A stretch of DNA of 64,000 nucleotides, taken from the NCBI GenBank assembly GCA_002269645.1, contig NIVC01002491.1, positions 104,912 to 168,911 of the forward strand, given 5' to 3'. Numbering within the stretch: position 1 is the first letter of the stretch; each line of letters begins with the position of its first letter. The notes beneath the pieces were generated by a model that ran no database searches, was not told the DNA's origin, and was given only the letters and a program-made list of their open reading frames with translations. The stretch comes from Macrostomum lignano. Lineage: Eukaryota. Positions 38,901 to 50,797 of this stretch are shown one piece after another. The position numbers and the translations under genes are program-made.

Positions 38901-41900
38901 AGCACTGAGGGAGCGGAGAGAGGCAGATTCAAGCACTGGGGAGCGGAGAGAGGCAGATTCAAGCACTGAGGGAGCAGCAGATTCAAGCACTGAGGGAGAG
39001 GCAGATTCAAGCACTGAGGGAGCGGAGAGAGGCAGATTCAAGCACTGAGGGTGGAGAGAGGCAGATTCAAGCACTGAGGGTGGAGAGAGGCAGATTCAAG
39101 CACTGAGGGAGCGGCAGATTCAAGCACTGAGGGAGAGGCAGATTCAAGCACTGAGGGAGGGGAGATAGGCAGATTCAAGCACTGAGGGAGGGAGAGAGGC
39201 AGATTCAAGCACTGAGGGTGGAGAGAGGCAGATTCAAGCACTGAGGGAGCGGCAGATTCAAGCACGAGGGAGAGGCAGATTCAAGCACTGAGGGAGCGGA
39301 GAGAGGCAGATTCAAGCACTGAGGGAGCGGAGAGAGGCAGATTCAAGCACTGAGGGAGCAGAAAGGCAGATTCAAGCACTGAGGGAGCAGAAAGGCAGAT
39401 TCAAGCACTGAGGGAGAGGCAGATTCAAGCACTGAGGGAGCGGAGAGAGGCAGATTCAAGCACTGAGGGAGCGGAGAGAGGCAGATTCAAGCACTGAGGG
39501 AGCGGAGAGAGGCAGATTCAAGCACTGAGGGAGCAGCAGATTCAAGCACTGAGGGAGAGGCAGATTCAAGCACTGAGGGCGGAGAGAGGCAGATTCAAGC
39601 ACTGAGGGAGGGCAGATTCAAGCACTGAGGGAGCGGAGAGAGGCAGATTCAAGCACTGAGGGAGCGGAGAGAGGCAGATTCAAGCACTGAGGGCGGAGAG
39701 GCAGATTCAAGCACTGAGGGAGCGGAGAGAGGCAGATTCAAGCACTGAGGGAGGAGAGAGGCAGATTCAAGCACTGAGGGTGGAGAGAGGCAGATTCAAG
39801 CACTGAGGGAGCGGCAGATTCAAGCACTGGAGCGGAGAGGCAGATTCAAGCACTGAGGGAGCGGAGAGAGGCAGATTCAAGCACTGAGGGAGCGGAGAGA
39901 GGCAGATTCAAGCACTGAGGGAGAGAGGCAGATTCAAGCACTGAGGGAGCGGCAGATTCAAGCACTGAGGGAGAGGGCAGATTCAAGCACTGAGGGAGAG
40001 AGGCAGATTCAAGCACTGAGGGAGCGGAGAGAGGCAGATTCAAGCACTGAGGGTGGAGAGAGGCAGATTCAAGCACTGAGGGAGCGGCAGATTCAAGCAC
40101 TGAGGGAGCGGCAGATTCAAGCACTGAGGGCGGAGAGGCAGATTCAAGCACTGAGGGAGAGAGGCAGATTCAAGCACTGAGGGAGGGAGAGAGGCAGATT
40201 CAAGCACTGAGGGAGGAGAGAGGCAGATTCAAGCACTGAGGGAGAGAGGCAGATTCAAGCACTGAGGGTGGAGAGAGGCAGATTCAAGCACTGAGGGAGG
40301 GAGAGAGGCAGATTCAAGCACTGAGGGAGGGAGAGAGGCAGATTCAAGCACTGAGGGAGGGAGAGAGGCAGATTCAAGCACTGAGGGGGAGAGAGGCAGA
40401 TTCAAGCACTGAGGGTGGAGAGAGGCAGATTCAAGCACTGAGGGAGAGAGGCAGATTCAAGCACTGAGGGAGAGAGAGGCAGATTCAAGCACTGAGGGTG
40501 GAGAGAGGCAGATTCAAGCACTGAGGGAGAGAGGCAGATTCAAGCACTGAGGGAGAGGGCAGATTCAAGCACTGAGGGAGAGGCAGATTCAAGCACTGAG
40601 GGAGAGGCAGATTCAAGCACTGAGGGAGCGGAGAGAGGCAGATTCAAGCACTGAGGGAGGAGAGAGGCAGATTCAAGCACTGAGGGAGCGGCAGATTCAA
40701 GCACTGAGGGAGCGGCAGATTCAAGCACTGAGGGAGCGGCAGATTCAAGCACTGAGGGAGGAGAGAGGCAGATTCAAGCACTGAGGGAGGGAGAGAGGCA
40801 GATTCAAGCACTGAGGGAGGGAGAGAGGCAGATTCAAGCACTGAGGGCGGAGAGAGGCAGATTCAAGCACTGAGGGTGGAGAGAGGCAGATTCAAGCACT
40901 GAGGGTGGAGAGAGGCAGATTCAAGCACTGAGGGAGGGAGAGAGGCAGATTCAAGCACTGAGGGAGGGAGAGAGGCAGATTCAAGCACTGAGGGCGGAGA
41001 GAGGCAGATTCAAGCACTGAGGGTGGAGAGAGGCAGATTCAAGCACTGAGGGTGGAGAGAGGCAGATTCAAGCACTGAGGGAGAGAGGCAGATTCAAGCA
41101 CTGAGGGAGAGAGGCAGATTCAAGCACTGAGGGAGAGAGAGGCAGATTCAAGCACTGAGGGAGAGGCAGATTCAAGCACTGAGGGAGCAGAGCAGATTCA
41201 AGCACTGAGGGAGCGGAGAGAGGCAGATTCAAGCACTGAGGGAGCAGATTCAAGCACTGAGGGAGGCAGATTCAAGCACTGAGGGAGCGGAGAGAGGCAG
41301 ATTCAAGCACTGAGGGAGGGAGAGAGGCAGATTCAAGCACTGAGGGCGGAGAGAGGCAGATTCAAGCACTGAGGGAGCAGCAGATTCAAGCACTGAGGGA
41401 GCGGAGAGAGGCAGATTCAAGCACTGAGGGAGCGGAGAGAGGCAGATTCAAGCACTGAGGGTAGAGAGAGGCAGATTCAAGCACTGAGGGGAGAGAGGCA
41501 GATTCAAGCACTGAGGGAGCGGAGAGAGGCAGATTCAAGCACTGAGCGGAGAGAGGCAGATTCAAGCACTGAGGGCGGAGAGAGGCAGATTCAAGCACTG
41601 AGGGTGGAGAGAGGCAGATTCAAGCACTGAGGGAGGGAGAGAGGCAGATTCAAGCACTGAGGGAGCGGAGAGAGGCAGATTCAAGCACTGAGGGAGCGGA
41701 GAGAGGCAGATTCAAGCACTGAGGGAGCGGAGAGAGGCAGATTCAAGCACTGAGGGAGCAGAGAGGGAGCAGATTCAAGCACTGAGGGAGCGGAGAGAGG
41801 CAGATTCAAGCACTGAGGGTGGAGAGAGGCAGATTCAAGCACTGAGGGTGGAGAGAGGCAGATTCAAGCACTGAGGGAGCGGCAGATTCAAGCACTGAGG

Positions 41901-44900
41901 GAGAGGCAGATTCAAGCACTGAGGGAGGGGAGATAGGCAGATTCAAGCACTGAGGGAGGGGAGAGAGGCAGATTCAAGCACTGAGGGTGGAGAGAGGCAG
42001 ATTCAAGCACTGAGGGAGCGGCAGATTCAAGCACGGAGGGAGAGGCAGATTCAAGCACTGAGGGAGCGGAGAGAGGCAGATTCAAGCACTGAGGGAGCGG
42101 AGAGAGGCAGATTCAAGCACTGAGGGAGCAGAAGGCAGATTCAAGCACTGAGGGAGCAGAAAGGCAGATTCAAGCACTGAGGGAGAGGCAGATTCAAGCA
42201 CTGAGGGAGCGGAGAGAGGCAGATTCAAGCACTGAGGGAGCGGAGAGAGGCAGATTCAAGCACTGAGGGAGCGGAGAGAGGCAGATTCAAGCACTGAGGG
42301 AGCGGAGAGAGGCAGATTCAAGCACTGAGGGTGGAGAGAGGCAGATTCAAGCACTGAGGGAGCGGCAGATTCAAGCACTGAGGGAGAGGCAGATTCAAGC
42401 ACTGAGGGAGCGGAGAGAGGCAGATTCAAGCACTGAGGGAGCGGAGAGAGGCAGATTCAAGCACTGAGGGAGGGGAGAGAGGCAGATTCAAGCACTGAGG
42501 GAGCAGCAGATTCAAGCACTGAGGGAGAGGCAGATTCAAGCACTGAGGGCGGAGAGAGGCAGATTCAAGCACTGAGGGAGGGGAGAGAGGCAGATTCAAG
42601 CACTGAGGGAGCGGAGAGAGGCAGATTCAAGCACTGAGGGAGCGGAGAGAGGCAGATTCAAGCACTGAGGGAGAGGCAGATTCAAGCACTGAGGGAGCGG
42701 AGAGAGGCAGATTCAAGCACTGAGGGTGGAGAGAGGCAGATTCAAGCACTGAGGGTGGAGAGAGGCAGATTCAAGCACTGAGGGAGCGGCAGATTCAAGC
42801 ACGGAGGGAGAGGCAGATTCAAGCACTGAGGGAGCGGAGAGAGGCAGATTCAAGCACTGAGGGAGCGGAGAGAGGCAGATTCAAGCACTGAGGGTGGAGA
42901 GAGGCAGATTCAAGCACTGAGGGAGCGGCAGATTCAAGCACGGAGGGAGAGGCAGATTCAAGCACTGAGGGAGCGGAGAGAGGCAGATTCAAGCACTGAG
43001 GGAGCGGAGAGAGGCAGATTCAAGCACTGAGGGAGCGGAGAGAGGCAGATTCAAGCACTGAGGGAGCGGAGAGAGGCAGATTCAAGCACTGAGGGCGGAG
43101 AGAGGCAGATTCAAGCACTGAGGGAGCAGCAGATTCAAGCACTGAGGGAGCGGAGAGAGGCAGATTCAAGCACTGAGGGAGCGGAGAGAGGCAGATTCAA
43201 GCACTGAGGGAGCGGAGAGAGGCAGATTCAAGCACTGAGGGAGGGGAGAGAGGCAGATTCAAGCACTGAGGGCGGAGAGAGGCAGATTCAAGCACTGAGG
43301 GTGGAGAGAGGCAGATTCAAGCACTGAGGGTGGAGAGAGGCAGATTCAAGCACTGAGGGAGGGAGAGAGGCAGATTCAAGCACTGAGGGAGGGGAGAGAG
43401 GCAGATTCAAGCACTGAGGGCGGAGAGAGGCAGATTCAAGCACTGAGGGTGGAGAGAGGCAGATTCAAGCACTGAGGGTGGAGAGAGGCAGATTCAAGCA
43501 CTGAGGGAGAGGCAGATTCAAGCACTGAGGGAGCGGAGAGAGGCAGATTCAAGCACTGAGGGTGGAGAGAGGCAGATTCAAGCACTGAGGGAGAGGCAGA
43601 TTCAAGCACTGAGGGAGCAGCAGATTCAAGCACTGAGGGAGCGGAGAGAGGCAGATTCAAGCACTGAGGGAGCGGAGAGAGGCAGATTCAAGCACTGAGG
43701 GAGCGGAGAGAGGCAGATTCAAGCACTGAGGGAGCGGAGAGAGGCAGATTCAAGCACTGAGGGCGGAGAGAGGCAGATTCAAGCACTGAGGGAGCAGCAG
43801 ATTCAAGCACTGAGGGAGCGGAGAGAGGCAGATTCAAGCACTGAGGGAGCGGAGAGAGGCAGATTCAAGCACTGAGGGAGCGGAGAGAGGCAGATTCAAG
43901 CACTGAGGGTGGAGAGAGGCAGATTCAAGCACTGAGGGAGCGGAGAGAGGCAGATTCAAGCACTGAGGGAGCGGAGAGAGGCAGATTCAAGCACTGAGGG
44001 CGGAGAGAGGCAGATTCAAGCACTGAGGGTGGAGAGAGGCAGATTCAAGCACTGAGGGAGGGGAGAGAGGCAGATTCAAGCACTGAGGGAGGGGAGAGAG
44101 GCAGATTCAAGCACTGAGGGAGCGGAGAGAGGCAGATTCAAGCACTGTGGGAGCGGAGAGAGGCAGATTCAAGCACTGAGGGAGCAGCAGATTCAAGCAC
44201 TGAGGGAGAGGCAGATTCAAGCACTGAGGGAGCGGAGAGAGGCAGATTCAAGCACTGAGGGTGGAGAGAGGCAGATTCAAGCACTGAGGGTGGAGAGAGG
44301 CAGATTCAAGCACTGAGGGAGCGGCAGATTCAAGCACTGAGGGAGAGGCAGATTCAAGCACTGAGGGAGGGGAGATAGGCAGATTCAAGCACTGAGGGAG
44401 GGGAGAGAGGCAGATTCAAGCACTGAGGGTGGAGAGAGGCAGATTCAAGCACTGAGGGAGCGGCAGATTCAAGCACGGAGGGAGAGGCAGATTCAAGCAC
44501 TGAGGGAGCGGAGAGAGGCAGATTCAAGCACTGAGGGAGCGGAGAGAGGCAGATTCAAGCACTGAGGGAGCAGAAAGGCAGATTCAAGCACTGAGGGAGC
44601 AGAAAGGCAGATTCAAGCACTGAGGGAGAGGCAGATTCAAGCACTGAGGGAGCGGAGAGAGGCAGATTCAAGCACTGAGGGAGCGGAGAGAGGCAGATTC
44701 AAGCACTGAGGGAGCGGAGAGAGGCAGATTCAAGCACTGAGGGAGCGGAGAGAGGCAGATTCAAGCACTGAGGGTGGAGAGAGGCAGATTCAAGCACTGA
44801 GGGAGCGGCAGATTCAAGCACTGAGGGAGAGGCAGATTCAAGCACTGAGGGAGCGGAGAGAGGCAGATTCAAGCACTGAGGGAGCGGAGAGAGGCAGATT

Positions 44901-45174
44901 CAAGCACTGAGGGAGGGGAGAGAGGCAGATTCAAGCACTGAGGGAGCAGCAGATTCAAGCACTGAGGGAGAGGCAGATTCAAGCACTGAGGGCGGAGAGA
45001 GGCAGATTCAAGCACTGAGGGAGGGGAGAGAGGCAGATTCAAGCACTGAGGGAGCGGAGAGAGGCAGATTCAAGCACTGAGGGAGCGGAGAGAGGCAGAT
45101 TCAAGCACTGAGGGAGCAGAAAGGCAGATTCAAGCACTGAGGGAGCAGAAAGGCAGATTCAAGCACTGAGGGAG
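29991..45174. repeat. 15-kb variant-repeat minisatellite: constant gcagattcaagcactgaggg plus a 4-11 nt purine linker (units 24-31 bp), roughly 540 units, with higher-order repeats
   Basis: Direct reading; linker variants agag, agcg, agca, cggagagag, tggagagag, agcggagagag, aggggagagag, agcagaaag. Confidence 0.98.
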
Positions 45175-45266
45175 AAAGAAAGAAAAAAAGAGATGTCTCT
45201 TTTGATAATTTTTATATTTCACGACTTTGGACATTATTTCTCTATTCCCCGAAGCAGTGGCATCCA

Positions 45267-45599
45267 ATGAAGATGCAGACTGCACTTCTGCCGTCGCTGC
45301 TGCTGCTGCTGCTGACAGCAGCTGAAGTGCCCGGAGGTGCAGCGACAAGCGCCAGCTGCGGCTACAACGGCTGTCCCGCTGCTGTGCCTCGCCGAGTGAA
45401 CCTGCACATTGTGCCGCACACTCACGACGATGTTGGCTGGCTGCGGACGGTGGACCAGTACTATTACTACAGCGTGCAGTTCATTCTGGACAATGTCATT
45501 CGCGAGCTGAGCCTCGATTCCAAGAGGAAATTCACTTACGTCGAGATGGCATTTTTTTATCGATGGTGGCGGGAGCAGAGTAATTCCACTAGGGACCAG
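45267..45599 (+). CDS. MAN2B1: Lysosomal alpha-mannosidase (GH38, MAN2B1-like) exon 1
   Basis: Signal peptide, CGYNGC, Zn-binding VPHTHDDVGWL, RKFTYVEMAFFYRWW; donor CAG|gtgcga, phase 0. Confidence 0.93.
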
Positions 45600-45761
45600 G
45601 TGCGAATTCGCATTGACAGTGCGACAAGTTAAAGGTGCTAGATCTCGGGGTCAAGCTCAGGACCTCAGAAAAAACTGCCCCATGGATTATCGATTAGATG
45701 ATGCAGGTTTTATTTCTGTTGGGTCTGTGACACATGAATGCCACGAATTGACTGCAGAACA

Positions 45762-46482
45762 TAACCCTAATCCCTAACCCAACTCTAATCCCTAACCCAA
45801 CCCTAATCCCTAACCCAACCCTAATCCCTAAACCCAACCCTGATCCCTAACCCAACCCTGATCCCTAACCCAACCCTAATCCCTAACCCAACCCTAATCC
45901 CTAAACCCAACCCTGATCCCTAACCCAACCCTAATCCCTAACCCAACCCTGATCCCTAACCCAACCCTAATCCCTAACCCAACCCTAATCCCTAACCCAA
46001 CCCTAATCCCTAACCCAACCCTAATCCCTAACCCAACCCTAATCCCTAACCCAACCCTAATCCCTAACCCAACCCTGATCCCTAACCCAACCCTAATCCC
46101 TAACCCAACCCTAATTCCTAACCCAACCCTAATCCCTAACCCAACCCTGATCCCTAACCCAACCCTGATCCCTAACCCAACCCTGATCCCTAGCCCAACC
46201 CTAATCCCTAACCCAACCCTGATCCCTAACCCAAACCTAATCCCTAACCCAACCCTAATCCCTAACCCAACCCTGATCCCTAACCCAACCCTAATCCCTA
46301 ACCCAACCCTGATCCCTAACCCAAACCTAATCCCTAACCCAACCCTAATCCCTAACCCAACCTTAATCCCTAACCCAACCCTAATCCCTTACCCATATCT
46401 CCCAACCATAAACCCTAACCTTAACCTAACCTTAATCCTATCCTTAAACCCTTACTAACCCTAGTCCCTAAACCTTAAACCT
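45762..46482. repeat. Telomere-like interstitial array, 18-bp unit ccctaacccaaccctaat built from CCCTAA
   Basis: Repeated CCCTAA/CCCAA/CCCTGA hexamer variants. Confidence 0.95.
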
Positions 46483-47442
46483 AAAGATGTTTTTGAACTC
46501 ATTCACAGCTTCTTCCGGTGAAGAAAAGACCTGGCCCTTCAGAATCTCCTTGCACTTCGGAAACAGAAAAAAGTCGCACGGTGCCAGGTCTGGACTATAC
46601 GCAGGGTGAGTCATCAGCTGGACCCCACGGTCAGCCAGAAACTCAAGAGTTTGAGCCGCCGTGTGCGCGCTGGCGTTGTCGTGGTGCAGCAGCACCCCGC
46701 GCATTCCGCACCTTGGGCGCCTCTGGCTCACAGCAGAAAAGACTTTGGGCAGGCAAACCGTTGTGTACCAGTCAGCGGTGACTGTCTGGCGATCTTCAAG
46801 TGAAACGGAAGCCACATGCCCAGTGCGCATGAAGAAACAGGCCACCATCTGCTTGCCGACACTCCGGCTGCGTCGAAACTTGGTGGGGCTGTCCTCGTCT
46901 CCAAAGGTCCACATGGCTGACTGGCGCTTGCATTCGGGGTCGTATTGATAAATCCAGGTCTCATCGCCCGTGAGGATGTCCCAGATACGCCGGCTGGTCC
47001 CAGATTCGAATTTCTGCAGCATGAATCGGCACCAAGCCACCCTGGTGTCCTTCTGCACGTCCGACAGCTGATGGGGGATCCACCGGGAAGCCAGCTTCCG
47101 CACTCCAAGGTGTTCGTGCAGAATGGCGTGCACACTCCCCGATCCAATACCGATCTCCTGCTGGATCTGCTGGTAGGTCACTCGCCGGTCAGCGGCAATC
47201 ATGCTGGACACAGCGCAGATATTTTCTGGAGTCACTGCGTCACAGGGTCTCCCGGATCGATGTTCATCTTCGAGGCTTTCTCGACCTCGGCGAAACTCAG
47301 CGAACCAGTTTTTGACGGTTGCGTATGAAGGACATACATGGGTAAAAAGGTTCTGTAAAGTTTGATACGATTCGGCCGGCGACTTGCCTTGCTTGAAGTG
47401 CAAGTACATCATTGCTCTGAAGTCGCGATTTTCCAGCTTCAT
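46468..47442 (-). CDS. Mariner transposase, C-terminally truncated
   Basis: HTH region VKNWFAEFRRGRESLEDEHRSGRP, WIPHQL, catalytic TGDETW, HHDNA, YSPDLAPCDF (D,D34D); the last residues derive from the telomere-like repeat. Confidence 0.93.
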   Translation of the reverse strand: MKLENRDFRAMMYLHFKQGKSPAESYQTLQNLFTHVCPSYATVKNWFAEFRRGRESLEDEHRSGRPCDAVTPENICAVSSMIAADRRVTYQQIQQEIGIGSGSVHAILHEHLGVRKLASRWIPHQLSDVQKDTRVAWCRFMLQKFESGTSRRIWDILTGDETWIYQYDPECKRQSAMWTFGDEDSPTKFRRSRSVGKQMVACFFMRTGHVASVSLEDRQTVTADWYTTVCLPKVFSAVSQRRPRCGMRGVLLHHDNASAHTAAQTLEFLADRGVQLMTHPAYSPDLAPCDFFLFPKCKEILKGQVFSSPEEAVNEFKNIFRFKV

Positions 47443-47629
47443 TGTTGAATTGAAGAACTCAGGGGGGTGAACTGACTTTAACTCGCTGCAGTGGACTCAA
47501 AAGTGGCTGCTTCTGTTTGAAATTTTTGTTGCAATACTTTTAAAAGTTGGTCTTTACCATAGACAAATTTCATGCTTCTACGTCTCGTGGATCCTACTCA
47601 GGCTAAAGACTTTCTGAGTGACCCTCGTA
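46482..47629 (-). mobile_element. Tc1/mariner element in mannosidase intron 1; only the 5' TIR is retained
   Basis: Minus-strand terminus TA-cgagggtcactcagaaagtctttagcct at 47629-47600; the opposite TIR is absent and replaced by the CCCTAA array. Confidence 0.88.
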
Positions 47630-47715
47630 GTTGCCAATTAGTCAATTAGTTGCCAATTGCTCAATTAGTTGCCAATTAGTCAATTAGTTGCCAATTTGTC
47701 AATTAGTTGCTCCCA
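47630..47715. repeat. Short ~19-bp tandem repeat (gttgccaattagtcaatta), ~4 copies
   Basis: Direct reading, immediately outside the mariner TA. Confidence 0.85.
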
Positions 47716-47826
47716 TTTCGATTGTTACTAAACTCACAAGAAAAAAATCAGCTGAAAGCCATCGTTCCTACTTAAAGTAGCAAAGTGAAGCGCAAAAAAT
47801 GTTTTAAATTCGTCCACCTCGGTCAG

Positions 47827-48123
47827 GTCCGCCAACTGGTTGCCAACGGGCAGCTGCACTTCGCCCAGGGCGGCTGGTGCATGAACGACGAAGCCACCAC
47901 GCACTACGCGGACATTGTGGACCAGCAGACCCTGGGGATGCGCTTCTTGAATGACACGTTCGGCGACTGCGCCAGGCCGAGAGTCGGCTGGCAAATTGAT
48001 CCGTTCGGCCACAGCAAAGAGTTCGCCGCCCTGCTAGCTCAGATGGGGCTGGACGCCTTCTACTTTGCTCGGATTCACTTCCTGGATGAAGTGCAGAGAG
48101 TGATAACGAGGAGAATGCAGTTT
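47827..48123 (+). CDS. MAN2B1: Alpha-mannosidase exon 2
   Basis: Acceptor ggtcag|GTC; [13 protein letters not shown] and nucleophile motif WQIDPFGHS; donor TTT|gtgagt, phase 0. Confidence 0.93.
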
Positions 48124-48151
48124 GTGAGTCATTGGACTGGATGACTCGTCC

Positions 48152-48381
48152 GTGTGCAGCAGGGGTGAGAGTGTGCAGCAGGGGAGAGAGTGTGCAACAG
48201 TGGTAGGGAGAGTGTGCAGCAGTGGTAGGGAGAGAGTAAACAGGCGATGGGCTGGTGTGTAACACAGCTGATGGGCTGGTGTGTAACACAGGTGATGGGC
48301 TGGTGCGTAACACAGGTGATGGGCTGGTGTGTAACACAGGTGATGGGCTGGTGTGTAACACAGGTGATGGGCTGGTGTGTA
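48152..48381. repeat. Two small arrays in mannosidase intron 2 (gtgtgcagcaggggagaga x~4; 24-bp gggctggtgtgtaacacaggtgat x~5-6)
   Basis: Direct reading. Confidence 0.9.
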
Positions 48382-48406
48382 TATCATCGCCGCGCCTCTC
48401 GCGAAG

Positions 48407-49028
48407 GTTTGGCACGCCAGTCGGGACTTCGGCAGCCCTTCGGCTGACATCTTTGCCGGCGACTTCGTGTCGGGCTACTGCTACCCGCCCGGCACCAACT
48501 ACGAAGGCGGCGACCAGCCGGTGCAGGACGACCCTCAACTGCACGACTTCAACGTGGCCGAGGCCGTCAGGAAGTTCATCGTACAGGTGGACCTCCTCCG
48601 GCTGGCTCATCGCACCAGCCACTTGCTGCTCACCATGGGCTGCGACTTTGCCTACGAGAATGCCAGGAAGAATTTCAAGATAATTGACAAACTGATTGCG
48701 GCTGTGAATGCCAACACCAGCCAGCACAACCTGACCGCCTACTACAGCTCGCCCGACTGCTACACCAAGGCTGTGAACGATGAGGGCCTCGCCTACGCCG
48801 TGAAGACTGGCGACTTTTTTCCCTACGCGTCCGGGCCGAACTCCTACTGGACCGGATTCTACAGCAGCCGGCCGGCTTTGAAGCGGCTGGTCAGGTGGGC
48901 GTCCGGCCACCTGCAGGCGGTCAAGCAGCTGGCGGCGGTTGGACCGGCCGTGCTCGGCGACGCCTCGGAGAGGCTGGACCGCCTGCGGCAGGCGCAGGGG
49001 GTGGCGCAGCATCACGATGCAGTGGCTG
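48407..49028 (+). CDS. MAN2B1: Alpha-mannosidase exon 3
   Basis: Acceptor gcgaag|GTT; VWHAS, TMGCDFAYENA (acid/base Asp), GDFFPYA...YWTGFYSSRPALK, QHHDAVAG; donor G|gtgaga, phase 1. Confidence 0.94.
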
Positions 49029-49037
49029 GTGAGAAAC

Positions 49038-50086
49038 GAGGAGTCTGTGAGGTGTTAGAGGAGTCTGTGAGGTGTTAGAAGAGGCTGTGAGGTGTTAGAA
49101 GAGGCTGTGAGGTGTTAGAAGAGGCTGTGAGGTGTTAGAGGAGGCTGTGAGGTGTTAGAAGAGGCTGTGAGGTATTAGAGGAGGCTGTGAGGTGTTAGAG
49201 GAGGCTGTGAGGTGTAAGAGGAGGCTTTGGGGTGTTAGAGGAGGCTGTGAGGTGTTAGAGGAGGCTGTGAGGTGTTAGAGGAGGCTGTGAGGTGTTAGAG
49301 GAGGCTGTGAGGTGTTAGAGGAGGCTGTGAGGTGTTAGAGGAGGCTGTGAGGTGTTAGAGGAGGCTGTGAGGTGTTAGAAGAGGCTGAGGTATTAGAGGA
49401 GGCTGTGAGGTGTTAGAGGAGGCTGTGAGGTGTAAGAGGAGGCTTTGGGGTGTTAGAGGAGGCTGTGAGGTGTTAGAGGAGGCTGTGAGGTGTTAGAGGA
49501 GGCTGTGAGGTGTTAGAGGAGGCTGTGAGGTGTTAGAGGAGGCTGTGAGGTGTTAGAGGAGGCTGTGAGGTGTTAGAGGAGGCTGTGAGGTGTTAGAGGA
49601 GGCTGTGAGGTGTTAGAGGAGGCTGTGAGGTGTTAGAGGAGGCTGTGAGGTGTTAGAGGAGGCTGTGAGGTGTTAGAGGAGGCTGTGAGGTGTTAGAGGA
49701 GGCTGTGAGGTGTTAGAGGAGGCTGTGAGGTGTTAGAGGAGGCTGTGAGGTGTTAGAGGAGGCTGTGAGGTGTTAGAGGAGGCTGTGAGGTGTTAGAGGA
49801 GGCTGTGAGGTGTTAGAGGAGGCTGTGAGGTGTTAGAGGAGGCTGTGAGGTGTTAGAGGAGGCTGTGAGGTGTTAGAGGAGGCTGTGAGGTGTTAGAGGA
49901 GGCTGTGAGGTGTTAGAGGAGGCTGTGAGGTGTTAGAGGAGGCTGTGAGGTGTTAGAGGAGGCTGTGAGGTGTTAGAGGAGGCTGTGAGGTGTTAGAGGA
50001 GGCTGTGAGGTGTTAGAGGAGGCTGTGAGGTGTTAGAGGAGGCTGTGAGGTGTTAGAGGAGGCTGTGAGGTGTTAGAGGAGGTGTA
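49038..50086. repeat. 20-bp minisatellite (gaggaggctgtgaggtgtta), ~52 copies, starting 9 nt into intron 3
   Basis: Exact period 20 from ~49460. Confidence 0.98.
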
Positions 50087-50321
50087 AGGCGTATGAGGAG
50101 ATGTGGGGTGCGAACCAGGCAGTGGACGCTGACGGAGGCTGCACGCTGCCTTCAAGATCGGCCACAAGCGAGTCTCCAACGCGGTACTCTATCGCCGCGC
50201 CGGTCTGGTCCGTCCAAGCGACCTGTTGCACCGTCAGCGACTCCTTCAGTTTGCAGCCGTACCTGGCCCTGTGACGCTGACTGACTTCTTAAGACCCTGA
50301 CAGCCTACGAGCGTATTTTTG

Positions 50322-50675
50322 TGCCAATGTCAAGCAGAGGTTCCAATGTCAAGCAGAGGTTCCAATGTCAAGCAGAGGTTCCAATGTCAAACAGAGGTTC
50401 CAATGTCAAGCAGAGGTGCCAATGTCAAGCAGAGGTTCCAATGTCAAGCAGAGGTGCCAATATCAAGCAGAGGTTCCAATGTCAAGCAGAGGTTCCAATG
50501 TCAAGCAGAGGTTCCAATATCAAGCAGAGGTTCCAATGTCAAGCAGAGGTTCCAATGTCAAGCAGAGGTTCCAATGTCAAGCAGAGGTTCCAATATCAAG
50601 CAGAGGTTCCAATGTCAAGCAGAGGTTCCAATGTCAAGCAGAGGCTCCAATGTCAAGCAGAGGTTCCAATGTCAA
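50322..50675. repeat. 19-bp minisatellite (ttccaatgtcaagcagagg), ~18 copies, intron 3
   Basis: Direct reading. Confidence 0.96.
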
Positions 50676-50797
50676 TGAGGGATGTCAATGTCACGGAGAA
50701 TGTAGGGTCCTAGTGAAATCAAGAAGGTTCTAGAAAATAGAATTCTCCAGTGTGCTTTCCCCAATCAGAAGCATACCAATGCTTTCGCCCCCTGCAG

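Noticed and set aside
35400-41900. Apparent higher sequence divergence in the centre of the large array
   Set aside because: Changes are mostly single-base indels in homopolymers (acgaggg, gcagttcaag, actggg), typical of uncorrected long-read error; not treated as biology without reads
29991-45174. CRISPR-like array (constant repeat plus variable spacer)
   Set aside because: Linkers are only 4-11 nt, drawn from about 10 recurring purine variants rather than unique spacers; no cas genes; eukaryotic intron-containing context
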